In this document: positions 14,809-27,598 of the stretch, piece by piece
Layout: every line of letters starts with the position of its first letter
Position numbering within the stretch: the stretch's first letter is position 1
The notes under the pieces: model-generated
What the model saw: the letters and a program-made list of their open reading frames with translations, nothing else
Told to the model about the DNA's origin: nothing
Databases searched by the model: none
Translations under genes and position numbers: made by a program
Source of the DNA: Octopus vulgaris
Taxonomy: Eukaryota
DNA length: 64,000 nt
Assembly (NCBI GenBank): GCA_951406725.2
Contig: OX597840.1
Location: 33,480,001-33,544,000, forward strand
Reading direction: 5' to 3'

Positions 14809-14841
14809 AACGACCACTACCACTCCTGTGACTACTACCCT

Positions 14842-14887
<46 letters not shown>

Positions 14888-14926
14888 GACACTACTATTA
14901 CTACTACAACTATTACTACTACTACA

Positions 14927-14992
<66 letters not shown>

Positions 14993-15031
14993 GACACTAC
15001 TATTACTACTACAACTATTACAACTACTACA

Positions 15032-15066
<35 letters not shown>

Positions 15067-15127
15067 AACTACTACAACTACTACTACTACAACAACAACA
15101 ACTACTACTACTACTACTACTACTACA

Positions 15128-15160
<33 letters not shown>

Positions 15161-15185
15161 GCTACTACTACTACTACTGCTGCTG

Positions 15186-15225
<40 letters not shown>

Positions 15226-15343
15226 AAATGTAGAAGCAGTACTATAACAATAACAGCAAAAAAGCAACAAATTCTACCGCAACTACCACCACCACCACCA
15301 CCATCACAACTGCTATTGTTGCTACTACCACTGCTACCACCAA

Positions 15344-15378
<35 letters not shown>

Positions 15379-16884
15379 GTTACTACTGCATGACTGTGAT
15401 TTCCGGCGTTGAGCCTGTAATTCTTGCTAGAAATTGCAGCTAAATCTCTTTAAAAAAAAAGGTTTGTTCGAGTTACAAAATGGCCTAAAGTTAAGACGGG
15501 ATGGTCGCGCATGGAGCGTCTTTGCTAAATCAGCTTCTGATTTAAGGATATAAAGGGTAATAAAACAGCAAATGAGAACTTCACCTCCTCCCGGTACACC
15601 CCCACCCCACGCCCTATCACAAGCCCCCCCCACCACAACTTCCGCCACCGCCAACAACAACAGTAGCAGCATCACCACAGTGACCCCTACACCACCACCC
15701 CTACTTCCATTATCGGAAACATTAGTACTACCACCATACTGTCACCCCCAACTTATCAGCACCACCACTGCCACTATAGCCAACACCACCGCCAACACCA
15801 AAACCATTTTCAGAAGCATTACGTCCACGGAGCTGTAATATTGGTACATCGCCACCACCTTCACCATCATCACCACCATCAGCGCCAACACAGTCATGAC
15901 CTCCACCACGACCACAACCACCACTGCGACTACCACTACCACCAGAACCACAACAACGTCGATGACCACAACCACGACTACCACCTCTACCACAACGACC
16001 ACCACTACCACTACCACTACAACCACAAGGTCGATGACCACCACCACAACCACAACAACGTCGATGACCACCACCACTACTACCACCACCACCGCTACCA
16101 CCACTACCATCACCACCACTATCACCACAACCACACAACGGCGATAACTACAACCACCTCTACCACGACCACTACCATCACCACCACTACTACAACAACC
16201 ACAACAATGTCGATGACCGCAACCACTACTACCATCACCACCATCACAACCATCACCACAACTACAACAACCACCATACCAGAACGACCACCACTACAAC
16301 CACTACCACCAGCACCACTACCACTACCACCACAACCACAACAACCACTATCACCACCACCACTACCACCATTATTATCATAACCCCCACAACTACCACC
16401 ACCACAGCCACCCACACCACAGCAACTACTTCCAACATCACCACCACCAGCATCACCGCCACAACTACAACCACCACTAACGCAAAAAGTAAGAGCCCCA
16501 TCACCACATCGTCACTACCACCACTACCACCACAACCAATACTACCATCCAGAAATACCCCACAACCACCAGCACCAGGAAACAAAAGCAGCTGTATTTT
16601 GTACCAATTCTTACCAACGCCCTCCCGCCGCCGCCCCTCCACCTCCCTACCCCCCCTTGGCTGCCCCCTCCCCCTCAACCATCTCATTATGCGTGACACT
16701 GACCACTGTCCGCTGTCCTCATTCACACCAATGCGACCATCATTCAGGCAAAAATATGCCGCTGTCACCCCCTCCACCCGACCCGACCCGCTCCCACCTC
16801 CAGCAACTACTACCGTCTCGTCTTCTCCCTCTCCTCCCCTTCCTCCTCCTCCTCCTCCTCCTCCTACTACTACTACAAGTACAG

Positions 16885-16927
<43 letters not shown>

Positions 16928-16942
16928 AACCTCTAGTACAGT

Positions 16943-16983
<41 letters not shown>

Positions 16984-17200
16984 TTACTACTACTACTACT
17001 ACTACTAGTAATAATAGTACAGCTACTACTACTACTACCACTAGTACAGCAGCTTCTACTATTACTACTTTTACTACTAGTACAGCTACTACTACTGCTA
17101 CAACTACTACCACTAGTACAGCAGCTACTAATACTACTACTACTACTACAACTACTACTACTACTAGTACTACTAGTACTACTACTACTACTACTAGCTA
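14770..17200. repeat. (ACT)n/(ACC)n trinucleotide arrays
   Basis: Read directly; source of the poly-T/V/L ORFs. Confidence 0.95.
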
Positions 17201-17507
17201 ACGCGGATCTCTATTGACCTGTTAGAAACAAAAGCTAAAATCTAACTCAATTCGCTTTACTATTTGTTGTTTAAGAAGTTGTAGTGGAAAAGCACTCTGG
17301 CGATTTTACTCCCAGATCAGCGATCGCGTTTAATCTTTACTTTTTACAGCAGTGCGTCGAAACATTAATTTCTTCAAATAACCATATTATTAAAGTGTCT
17401 TTTATGTATGTATACACATTTTTTTTCTACTGTATATTGGAAGGGTCATTTTGCCAAAAACACCCGCGCTGGTTCTGTTTCACTTCTTTTGTTATTATTC
17501 GTCAGTT

Positions 17508-17642
17508 GAGGCGGTGAGCTGACAGAATTATTAGCACGCCGGATAAAATGCTTTGCGGAATTTGAACTCAGAACGTGAAGACGGACAAAATACCGCTAAG
17601 TATTTCGCCCGGCGTGCTAACGATTCTACCAGCTCACTGCCT
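17508..17642. mobile_element. Two opposed heads of SINE family B forming a fold-back
   Basis: GGCGGTGAGCTGACAGAATTATTAGCACGCCGG on plus, followed by CCGGCGTGCTAACGATTCTACCAGCTCACTGCC, its near reverse complement. Confidence 0.7.
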
Positions 17643-17975
17643 TTGTCGAACCACTAGGTTATAGGGACGCAAACACACCAACACTTGTTGTAAAGAGCTG
17701 TTAGGGGAGAAAAACAGAGAGAAAGATACACATACACACACATACATACATACATACATACATACATACATACATACATACATACATACATACATACATA
17801 CATACATACATACGACGATCTTCCAGTTTCCATCTGCCAAATCCAGTCGCAAGGATTTGGTCGATACGAGGCTATAGTAGAAGACACTTGCCCAAGGTGC
17901 CACGCAGTGGGACTGAACCCGGAACCATGAGGTTGGTAAGCAAGCTACTCACCACACAGCCACTTCTACGCCTAC
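17643..17975 (-). mobile_element. SINE family A
   Basis: Reverse-complement head and body with an internal (CATA)n tract. Confidence 0.82.
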
Positions 17976-18642
17976 GCTATGGAGATTTATATTACTTCTC
18001 TATGTTAATACAGCATTTGTGGAGCGATATGTCTTGGTATTGACTTCTTCATTTGTAAGTTGCAATTGTATGTTTTAAAAAGTCATTCATAAGCGTCGTT
18101 CCATCTTTTTTAAAAAAACCTAAACCTGTTTCTTTCATTCTTTCCAGCTTTTCCATGTATGTCATTAAATCTTTTCACGTGCTGTGCCATCTTCGAAGGG
18201 AGACTTGAACTATATCCGTGGCGATACAAAATTTTATATACTAGTGGTACGTTCTGCTATGGACACATTCATGAGCTTCTTATCAGAGTATCGCTCGCCC
18301 TCTGTCAGGTTTATGGTCGAGCCTGCTACGGTGAAGACCGCCGACGGTTTCGGACTCCCGGACTATATCTCTGCAGGCCCACTTTCGGGGCGGAGATGGC
18401 TATCCGCAGGTGCGTGCCCCGGAAATCAGAGTGACTGTTTCAGCGTATCCCCTCCGCCGTCCTCCCGGGCAGTGCCTTTTCCATTTTGTCTGCTGGGACC
18501 ATGGGGAGGTCTGAAATGACAGGAAATCGAGAGAATGTAAGAATTTCGTAGTCTAACTACACGAACAGAAAACTTTTAGAAAGTGTACTACAGTTTAAAT
18601 AAGGCGTTGGTATAAGACGGAGTCACTGCTGCTGCAGTAGTA

Positions 18643-18704
<62 letters not shown>

Positions 18705-19616
18705 TTACTACTACTACTATCACCACCAACACTACCACAACCACCATCACCACCACAACCACCACTACTACTACTCCTACGACTACTACCACCTCTACCA
18801 CCGCCACCATCTACAACTACTCCTACCTCTCCTGCAGCTACTGCTCTACTACTACTACAACCACCACCACCACCACCACTAATACTACTACAAGTGCTGA
18901 TGCTGTTGCTTCTGCTTTCGTTATTGTTGCTGTTGCACCGCCCACCACAACCTTCACCACCACCGCCCACCACAACCTATCACCACCACCAACCATCACC
19001 ACCATCACCGCCACCAGCACAACCTCGACCACATCAAACGCCACCACCACCACCACCATTGGAGCTACCTGTGTTGTGAGCACCAACGACGGCACCATCT
19101 CCATGGCTACCTGACGTAGCCGCACCACTCCCATATCTGCTGTTGTCAGCGCCAGGATCAGCACCACCGCCACTACCATCACCGCGGGGCCTCTATCGTC
19201 GCCGGCACCCACATCACCACCGCCACATCCACGGCACACCAGAAGCATTCACACCACTGCCTTGATCACCACCACCACCACCACCACCACCACCACCACC
19301 ATTACCATTACCACCACCGCCATCACCACCTCCGCCGCCACCGACACCACCATCAGGACACAAAACAGCTGTATTATGTACCAATATTCTTTACCAATAA
19401 TCCTTCCCGTGTCTCTTCCCTACTACCACCAACACCCACCACCACTTCTCCATTACGCCTGATACTGACCACTGACCACTGTCCACTCACACACACACAC
19501 ACACACACACATGCACACCCACAAGCACACACACATGTTACTACGACTACCATTCAACACCGCCTCTGCAGCCGCCATACTACTACTACTACTACTATTA
19601 CTGCTATTACTATTAC

Positions 19617-20582
19617 CTATTTCTTTACTACCCACAAGGGGCTAAACACAGAGGGGACATACTAGGACAGACATAGGTATTAAGTCGATTACATCGACCC
19701 CAGTGCGTAACTGGTACTTAATTCATCGACCCCGAAAGGATGAAAGGCAAAGTCAACCTCGGCGGAATTTGAACTCAGAACACAAAGACAGGCGAAATAC
19801 CTATTTCTTTACTACCCACAAGGGGCTAAACACAGAGGGGACAAACAAGGACAGACATAGGTATGAAGTCGATTACATCGACCCCAGTGCGTAACTGGTA
19901 CTTAATTCATCGACCCCGAAAGGATGAAAGGCAAAGTCAACCTCGGCGGAATTTGAACTCAGAACACAAAGACAGGCGAAATAACTATTTCTTTACTACC
20001 CACAAGGGGCTAAACACAGAGGGGACAAACAAGGACAGACATAGGTATGAAGTCGATTACATCGACCCCAGTGCGTAACTGGTACTTAATTCATCGACCC
20101 CGAAAGGATGAAAGGCAAAGTCGACCTCGGCGGAATTTGAACTCAGAACACAAAGACAGGCGAAATACCTATTTCTTTACTACCCACAAGGGGCTAAACA
20201 CAGAGGGGACAAACAAGGACAGACATAGGTATGAAGTCGATTACATCGACCCCAGTGCGTAACTGGTACTTAATTCATCGACCCCGAAAGGATGAAAGGC
20301 AAAGTCAACCTCGGCGGAATTTGAACTCAGAACACAAAGACAGGCGAAATAACTATTTCTTTACTACCCACAAGGGGCTAAACACAGAGGGGACAAACAA
20401 GGACAGACATAGGTATGAAGTCGATTACATCGACCCCAGTGCGTAACTGGTACTTAATTCATCGACCCCGAAAGGATGAAAGGCAAAGTCGACCTCGGCG
20501 GAATTTGAACTCGGAACACAAAGACAGGCGAAATACGGCTACGCATTTCGCCCGGCGTGCTAACGATTCTGCCAGCTCGCCT
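19617..20582 (-). mobile_element. SINE family B: one tRNA-like head plus five tandem 184-bp bodies
   Basis: ORF-track starts 19863/20047/20231/20415 show the 184-bp period; head GGCGAGCTGGCAGAATCGTTAGCACG..GAGTTCAAATTCC on minus; body contains GCCTTTCATCCTTTCGGGGTCG (resembles a Meta-type SINE domain, from memory). Confidence 0.88.
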
Positions 20583-21477
20583 ACCACCACCACTACTACC
20601 ACTACTACTACTACTACCACCACTACTATTACTATTACCACCACTACCACTACTATTACTACTACTATTACTACTACTATTACTACTACCACCACTATTA
20701 TTACTACTATTACTACTACCACCACCACCACCACCACCACCACCACCACCACTACTACTACTACCACCTCCACCACTACTACTATTACTATTACCACCAC
20801 CACCACCATCACCAACCACCACCACCACCACCACCACCACTACTACTACTACCACCACCACCACCACCACCACCACTACTACTACTACCACTACTACTAC
20901 CACTACTACCACCACTATTACTACTACACCACCACCACCACCACCACCACCACCACCACCACCACCACTACTACTACTACCACCTCCACCACTACTACTA
21001 TTACTATTACCACCACCACCACCACCACCACCAACCACCACCAACAACAACCACCACTACCATCACCACCACCACTACTATTACTACTACTACTACTACA
21101 ACTACTGTTATGTGGTGGTTGTCCGGCGTTGATGAGAATAGCAGCCAGATGTCATTCTTTGCAGTGCACATTGAATAGTGTACTCCTGGGTGGATTGCTT
21201 CGCTTCACTTGCATTCATTTATTATTCATATATTTAATTAGCAGTGATTGGATTGCGGCCATGCTGTGGCATAATTTTTAACGATTATGGGACAATCATT
21301 ATTTGACCTTTGTTACTAGACACTTCGGGATGCATACACATACTCGCAGACACATACATCCATCCATCCATCCATACATACATACATACATACATACATA
21401 CATACATACATACATACATACATACACATCCATACATACATACATACGTACATACATACGTACATGTACGTGTGTCG

Positions 21478-21599
21478 CATGGTTCCAGGTTCAGTCCCAC
21501 TGCGTGGCACCTTGGGCAAGTGTCTTCTACTATAGCCTCGGGCCGACCAAAGCCTTGTGAGTGGATTTGGTAGATGGAAACTGAAAGAAGTCCGTCGTG

Positions 21600-21600
<1 letters not shown>
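21478..21600 (+). mobile_element. SINE family A fragment
   Basis: CATGGTTCCAGGTTCAGTCCCACTGCGTGG...GAAAGAAGTCCGTCG. Confidence 0.8.
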
Positions 21601-21665
<65 letters not shown>

Positions 21666-21696
21666 CAAAATAAGCAACAAGAATGACTCCGGTAAT

Positions 21697-21780
21697 TTGG
21701 TACGATCGTTTCGTACATCATTTTATTAAATGTTGTAAAGTATTACAACAGATTTAAGATGCTGAGTACTCATCAGCCAA
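21697..21780 (-). ncRNA. Hammerhead ribozyme motif, type I, with extended stem II
   Basis: Minus strand: ttgg-CTGATGA-gtac...(ttaaa/tgttgtaa hairpin)...gtac-GAAA-cgatcg-TA-ccaa; intact core, GUA triplet, palindromic stem III. Confidence 0.72.
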
Positions 21781-22087
21781 TTATAGAAGTTTTCCATTAA
21801 TACACAAATTTTCAAATCAAGTGGCAACATTATAGAGAAGGTAGATATACAGACAAAGATGTGGATTTAAATTTTAAGAAGATATGAGGTAGTGAAATCC
21901 TTCCACTGACTGACTAAGATATGGTTGTTCCTGACTGCTATAAGGTTAGAAGTAATAAAGATTTTTTAATTGTAGAAATGGGGTAAAGGAGGTTTCAGAA
22001 CTCCATAAAAGGAATTCATGTTGAAGACAGCAATTGCCACTAATAAATGCCAATTACTACTATTTGATGAGAGAATATATATATAAA

Positions 22088-22279
22088 GGGAAAGTTTACG
22101 AAAATAAACAAAAGACGAAGGCAGGTGGCGTACAAAACAAACAAATGTATTAGTATAACGCTCGGGAATTGAAAAAGTCTTTTACGTTTCGAGCCTACGC
22201 TCTTCTACAGAAAGGGACACAGAAACAAACAAGGAGAGAAAAAAATGTGTGTAGTGGCTACCGATCTATCATGGCGTCA
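22088..22279 (-). mobile_element. ~190-bp pLTR/retrozyme-like unit (family H1) with hammerhead variant at 22179-22214
   Basis: cttt-CTGTAGA-a-gagc-gtag-gctc-GAAAC-GTA-aaag; TA-flanked; homologues at 51337 and 60077. Confidence 0.65.
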
Positions 22280-22293
22280 TATATATATATATA

Positions 22294-22918
22294 CTAGCAG
22301 TATCGCCCGGCGTTGCTCGGGTTTGTAAGGGAAATAACTATATAAGCATTTTTAGAGAGTTATAGCCAAAAATGCATTAAAAATGGAAAAAATATGATGG
22401 TAAATTTTTTTTTAAATCGTTGACTCATCGTAGAAATTTTTAGAGAGTTACTTCCCTTATATAATAGCGAAAAAATGCATTAAAATGGAAAAAAAACGAT
22501 GGTAATTTTTTTTTAAATCGTAGACTCATGTAGACGCTTTCTTAGCCATTTCTGTTTTGGTGTCTTCAAGCCATGAAGTCGTTGTTCTAAAAGAACGCTG
22601 GTCTCCTTGACAACGCATTACGACGTTGATTTCCTTACACTCCCTTCCCCACAGGTGCAGGTGTGAGCGTGGACGCCAACTCCGCCGCCATCGACACACG
22701 AAAAATTATGCATTAAAATGGAATAAAAAATGATGTTAAATTATTTTTAAAATCGTAGACTCATCGTAGACGCGCGCTAATACTCAGACGGGCTCGATAT
22801 GAATCACGACTATAAGCTACCCGAATTTGGTTAAATTGCACCGCAAAATGTGGGAGTAGTTAGGAATCTAAATCGAAGGGGACAGACACTCACACAACTA
22901 CAGTTTTATATATATAGA
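22294..22918 (-). mobile_element. Non-autonomous Helitron
   Basis: Minus strand starts A|TCTATATATATAAAA, ends with the CCCGAGCAACGCCGGG hairpin and CTAG|T; no TSD. Confidence 0.85.
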
Positions 22919-22939
22919 TATACATAGCGCAGTAGTGGT

Positions 22940-23530
22940 GAGATGTGACAGCAAAGAAAAGCATACATTCACTCTCTGCATGCAATTAGACTCGGAAAGT
23001 TCGTGAGGAACCCATTGACCCAATTTGCTGACTTTTCCGATAGCACACAGGTCTCAATGAATGGTTGAATGACCAAATCCAAGCTTCTCTGCTAGTTCCT
23101 CAACAGTTACGATGAGATTTTGTTCCACCAGGGTTTTCAGGATGTCCTTGTCGAGTTCTACAGATCTTTCAGGATGAGGCTCGTCTTCTAGGCTGTAGTT
23201 TATGGCTCGGAATTTCTGGAACCACCATTGACACTGCCTTACGCTTATTGTCCAATCCCCATATACTGCATTAATATTTCTTGTACTTTCCGTTGCGTTG
23301 TTGTCTTTATTGAACTCATAAAGCAAAATATGCCAAATATGCTCCTTTGTTACTTCCAATATAGCTTTGAAAAAAATAGCTGTTAAAATCGAAATGCACT
23401 CTTCAAAACTTGCACTATGAATAAGGACAAGATAAAATTACTACCTGCTTTTATAGCAAGTTAATATAAGTGGTTTATCCCATTCCCCTCTGACTTTTAG
23501 TTCAAGCTGTTGAAAAAACCGCATTATTAT
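22940..23530 (-). pseudogene. Mariner transposase relic (N-terminal HTH domains and WVPHEL linker) with 5' end
   Basis: ORF 23054-23359 MEVTKEHIWHILLYEF..WFQKFR..LEDEPH; reading past the in-frame stop gives DLCAIGKVSKLGQWVPHELSE. Confidence 0.9.
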
Positions 23531-24380
23531 ATATATATACATACATACATACATACATATACACACACACACTCTCTCTCACACACATGCACACATTTAT
23601 ATTCTGTTATTCTTTTATATGTTTCAGCCTTGAGGTTGTGGCCATGCTGGATCATGTGTGTGTGTGTGTGTGTGTCTATCTGTCTGTCTGTCTGTATGTA
23701 TATATGTATATGTATGTGTGTGAACAATAATATTTTCAACAGATGTGTTGCAAATGTATCTGATTGTTCTCAAGCTTCAATACTGTGTGTGTGTGTATGT
23801 GTGTGTGTGTGTATGTATGTATGTGTATGTATGTATGTATGTATGTATGTATGTATGTATGTATGTATGTATGTGTGTATGTATGTATGTATGTGTGTGT
23901 GTGTATGTGTGTGTATGTATGTGTATGTATGTATGTATGTATGTATGTATGTATGTATGTATGTATGTATGTATGTATGTATGTATGAGTGTATGTTTAC
24001 TTTATTACTAACACAAGCCACTACGGTTATTTAATGTAAAGTCTTCCTCAAATCACTCTCTGTCGCTATTTACTCTCTTCCAAGAACATTTTCACTCACT
24101 CTTATGTGTTAGCTTCCCATACATTTTACTCATGTATCTATCAGCGTCATAGACAGAAACAAATATTACATCTAGTTTCACTTTATTCGTTGCACACTGT
24201 GTGTGTGCGTTTGCGTGTGGTGTAAACCAGACTAAGAAAAGCATTTGACACACACACCAGAATGTGAGTTTTCTGTAAATTTTGCTTAATTGGAGTTTAA
24301 ATTTTAAAAACTGGACCTGGCATGACGCGATGCATTGTACTCTTAAAAATGCTAGGTAAATTGTAATTGAAGAAATCCTC

Positions 24381-24417
<37 letters not shown>

Positions 24418-24752
24418 AATTAGAGATAAAACCACTATTTAAAAGGCAGCTAGCATGCCAGTCGACTACATACAGGTCTTTCGTATGTGTGTGTGTGTGC
24501 GTGCGCGCGCGTGTTGGACGATACTAAATCTATATAATAGTACTTCTGGTCAGTACTGGTCACTCTGGTTGATCAGTCAGTCCGACTCTCACTTAGTACT
24601 TACGCGCGTGCGTGCGCGTGTGTGTGTGCACACTAGTTTTGTTGGTCAATGTGAGGTTTACTGGTCAGTCAGTCGACTCGTCTGTCCGTTCGCTCGCCTG
24701 CCTGTCTGTGCATTGGTTAGTCCATTCGGTTGGTCACTCTTATACTCCCTAA

Positions 24753-24883
<131 letters not shown>

Positions 24884-25320
24884 TTTGCATACATATGCAT
24901 ATGTGTGTGTCATATATATATATATATATAACAATTGAACAAATAAAACATATGAATACATACATATATGTACACACCTACATCTATATGTATATATACA
25001 TGCATATATGAGTACAAGACACCACAAATAAACGTAGAACACAACGAGAAATGAAAACATAGAAACCAAACAAGGAAACGGACTTTTTTTTAACAACGAA
25101 AAAACAGGAGTGCAAGACATACAACACAAGGAACATTCCCCTTCTTCAGCTGCCCCTGTTTCGACTCAATGCGTGTTTCGAAGGTAAGGGCAGAACACGA
25201 CTACTTTGAAACAATTCTTTCCACAAAGCGAATTAAATAAAAAAATTTTGCGGAGGGGTAAAAAAAGGTGACAAGAACAGGACAGTAAAAGCAATACAAA
25301 TAAAGAAAAAAACAGTAAAA

Positions 25321-25405
<85 letters not shown>

Positions 25406-25516
25406 ATGTGTATATATGTATATAAAACAGTTGTATATTAAAGAGATGAGGAATTATGTACATTATTTGCATTATTTACATTTGACGGATATTTGTCCTC
25501 ATCTTGTTTGTTGTTA

Positions 25517-25560
25517 ACTCAACGTTTCGGCTGATGTATCCTCCAGCCTTCATCAGGTGT
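25517..25560 (-). ncRNA. Minimal hammerhead ribozyme motif
   Basis: acac-CTGATGA-a-ggctg..cagcc-GAAAC-GTT-gagt; one mismatch in stem I. Confidence 0.62.
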
Positions 25561-25958
25561 CTTCGGGAAATTGCGAACCTGGGTTCTCATTCCCAAGGTA
25601 TTACTATAATAAAGTTCAAATCCCATCCCGTTAGTGGGAGGGACACAAAAATAGCTTAAAAAGACTATTACAATTCAAAAAAGTTATTCACACACAAAGA
25701 AAAAAAATCCACAATGGCCAAATGTGTAAGACCGGGGAATAAAACAGCTCAACAACCTTCAAAGGTAACCCCTTGTTTCAAAGGTAACAGATCCAAAACA
25801 GCAATAACAACAGCAAAAACTCTTACCACGAACAACGACACGTCTAACCAGCAGTGAAGTAAGAAAGCTACTTGCCACACAGCCACTCCTACGCCTATCT
25901 CGATATTTTTTCTCTCTCGCTATTTCTTTAGTTGTCATTCGTATATATGTGTGTATGT

Positions 25959-26167
25959 AAAGTTAATCCAAACATGAAACACAAAGAGAAAACACAACAA
26001 CGCGAGGCCGTGGAACAAGTATAGTGTTATTGGACGCTCAGGAAAGGAAAGAAAGAAGGAGGATTTAACGTTTCGAGCGGAGCTCTTCGTCGGAAACATA
26101 GGAGAAGGAAAGATCCAAAGGGAAGACGGAGAAAAATAATCGCCAACGATACACACGCGGTCACATT

Positions 26168-26172
<5 letters not shown>
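25959..26172 (-). mobile_element. ~210-bp pLTR/retrozyme-like unit (family H2) with hammerhead at 26063-26097
   Basis: gttt-CCGACGA-a-gagc-tcc-gctc-GAAACGTT-aaat; homologues at 39890-40085 and 63685-63898. Confidence 0.65.
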
Positions 26173-26227
<55 letters not shown>

Positions 26228-26589
26228 AGTGGGAGGGGATTATGAGTGCGCGTGCGTGTGTAAGAAGATACTAAATCTATCTATTAGTACTTTGGTCTGC
26301 AATAATCACTGTTTAGGTGGTCATTCAACTGGTCTCTCAATCTCCATATCCGTCGGTATGTTCGCCTATCACTCTGTGCAATGGTCACTACCTTTGGACA
26401 GTCAGTTCGTGTACTAGTTTAGTCTGACTCATTCTCTATCTACCTCTTACTTTCTCTCTCTCTATGTCTGTTAGTCTATGTATATATTTATCTAGCTATC
26501 GATCTTTCTCTACACGCACAGACACATATATATTTACATATACGTCTGTCTATCTCTCGCTCTCCATCTATTTATCTATCTGCCATTCT

Positions 26590-26683
<94 letters not shown>

Positions 26684-26684
<1 letters not shown>

Positions 26685-26917
26685 TTTATTTAAAGCAGCA
26701 GAAAATTCAACAAAATCTGTTACTCTGAGTTTCTCGTTGCCGTTCATCAGACAGTTTTTGCTAGATTCTAGCAAAAACTGTCTGATGAACGGCAACGAGA
26801 AACTCAGAGTAACAGGTTTTGTTGAATTTTCTGCTGCTTTAAATAAAGCATATTACTCTACCACTGGTATTTGAGTACTCTTTTTTCCACCTTGTTTCAC
26901 ATTTATGTGTTTACTCC

Positions 26918-26920
<3 letters not shown>
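26684..26920. mobile_element. Fold-back pLTR-like element: ~165-bp palindrome (26684-26848) with a hammerhead in each arm
   Basis: Arms pair around CTAGATTCTAG; ctgt-CTGATGA-acggcaacga-GAAA-ctcagag-TA-acag at 26778-26815 (+) and 26717-26754 (-); (TA)n on both sides. Confidence 0.72.
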
Positions 26921-26984
<64 letters not shown>

Positions 26985-27022
26985 GTGTGTGTGTGTGTGT
27001 GTATAGAAATATATATATATAT

Positions 27023-27086
<64 letters not shown>

Positions 27087-27091
27087 GGTGG

Positions 27092-27169
<78 letters not shown>

Positions 27170-27216
27170 CATATATATATATATATATATAGATAGATAG
27201 ATAGATATATAGATAG

Positions 27217-27288
<72 letters not shown>

Positions 27289-27598
27289 CTTTTTATTGTA
27301 GCCACACAGGGCTAAACACAGAATAAAAATGGACGAAATACAATGTAGAATTTTTTCTTTTCGAGGTGGGATGGGTGGGGCGAGAGAAGAAAAAAAAAAA
27401 AAAAAAAAAAAAAACGTTTGATCAATAGGGATCTGTGGGTTGTGTGGTGTATAAAAAAGCAATATATATATATATATAAGGTTCACAGTTTAGGTGTAGT
27501 CTTGGAAAGAAAAACCTACAAAAAAGACCAAGGTCACCTCAGGCAATTCGAAAAAGAACACATGAGTAAGTCGCCTTACTTCTCGTTGTCTCTTTTGG

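Noticed and set aside
19617-20582. CRISPR-like array or repeated 71-aa peptide genes
   Set aside because: No unique spacers and no cas genes; the units are SINE bodies.
25130-25200. Permuted hammerhead in the 25010-25320 / 52190-52480 repeat family
   Set aside because: CTGAAGA and GAAAC are present but stem I does not pair.
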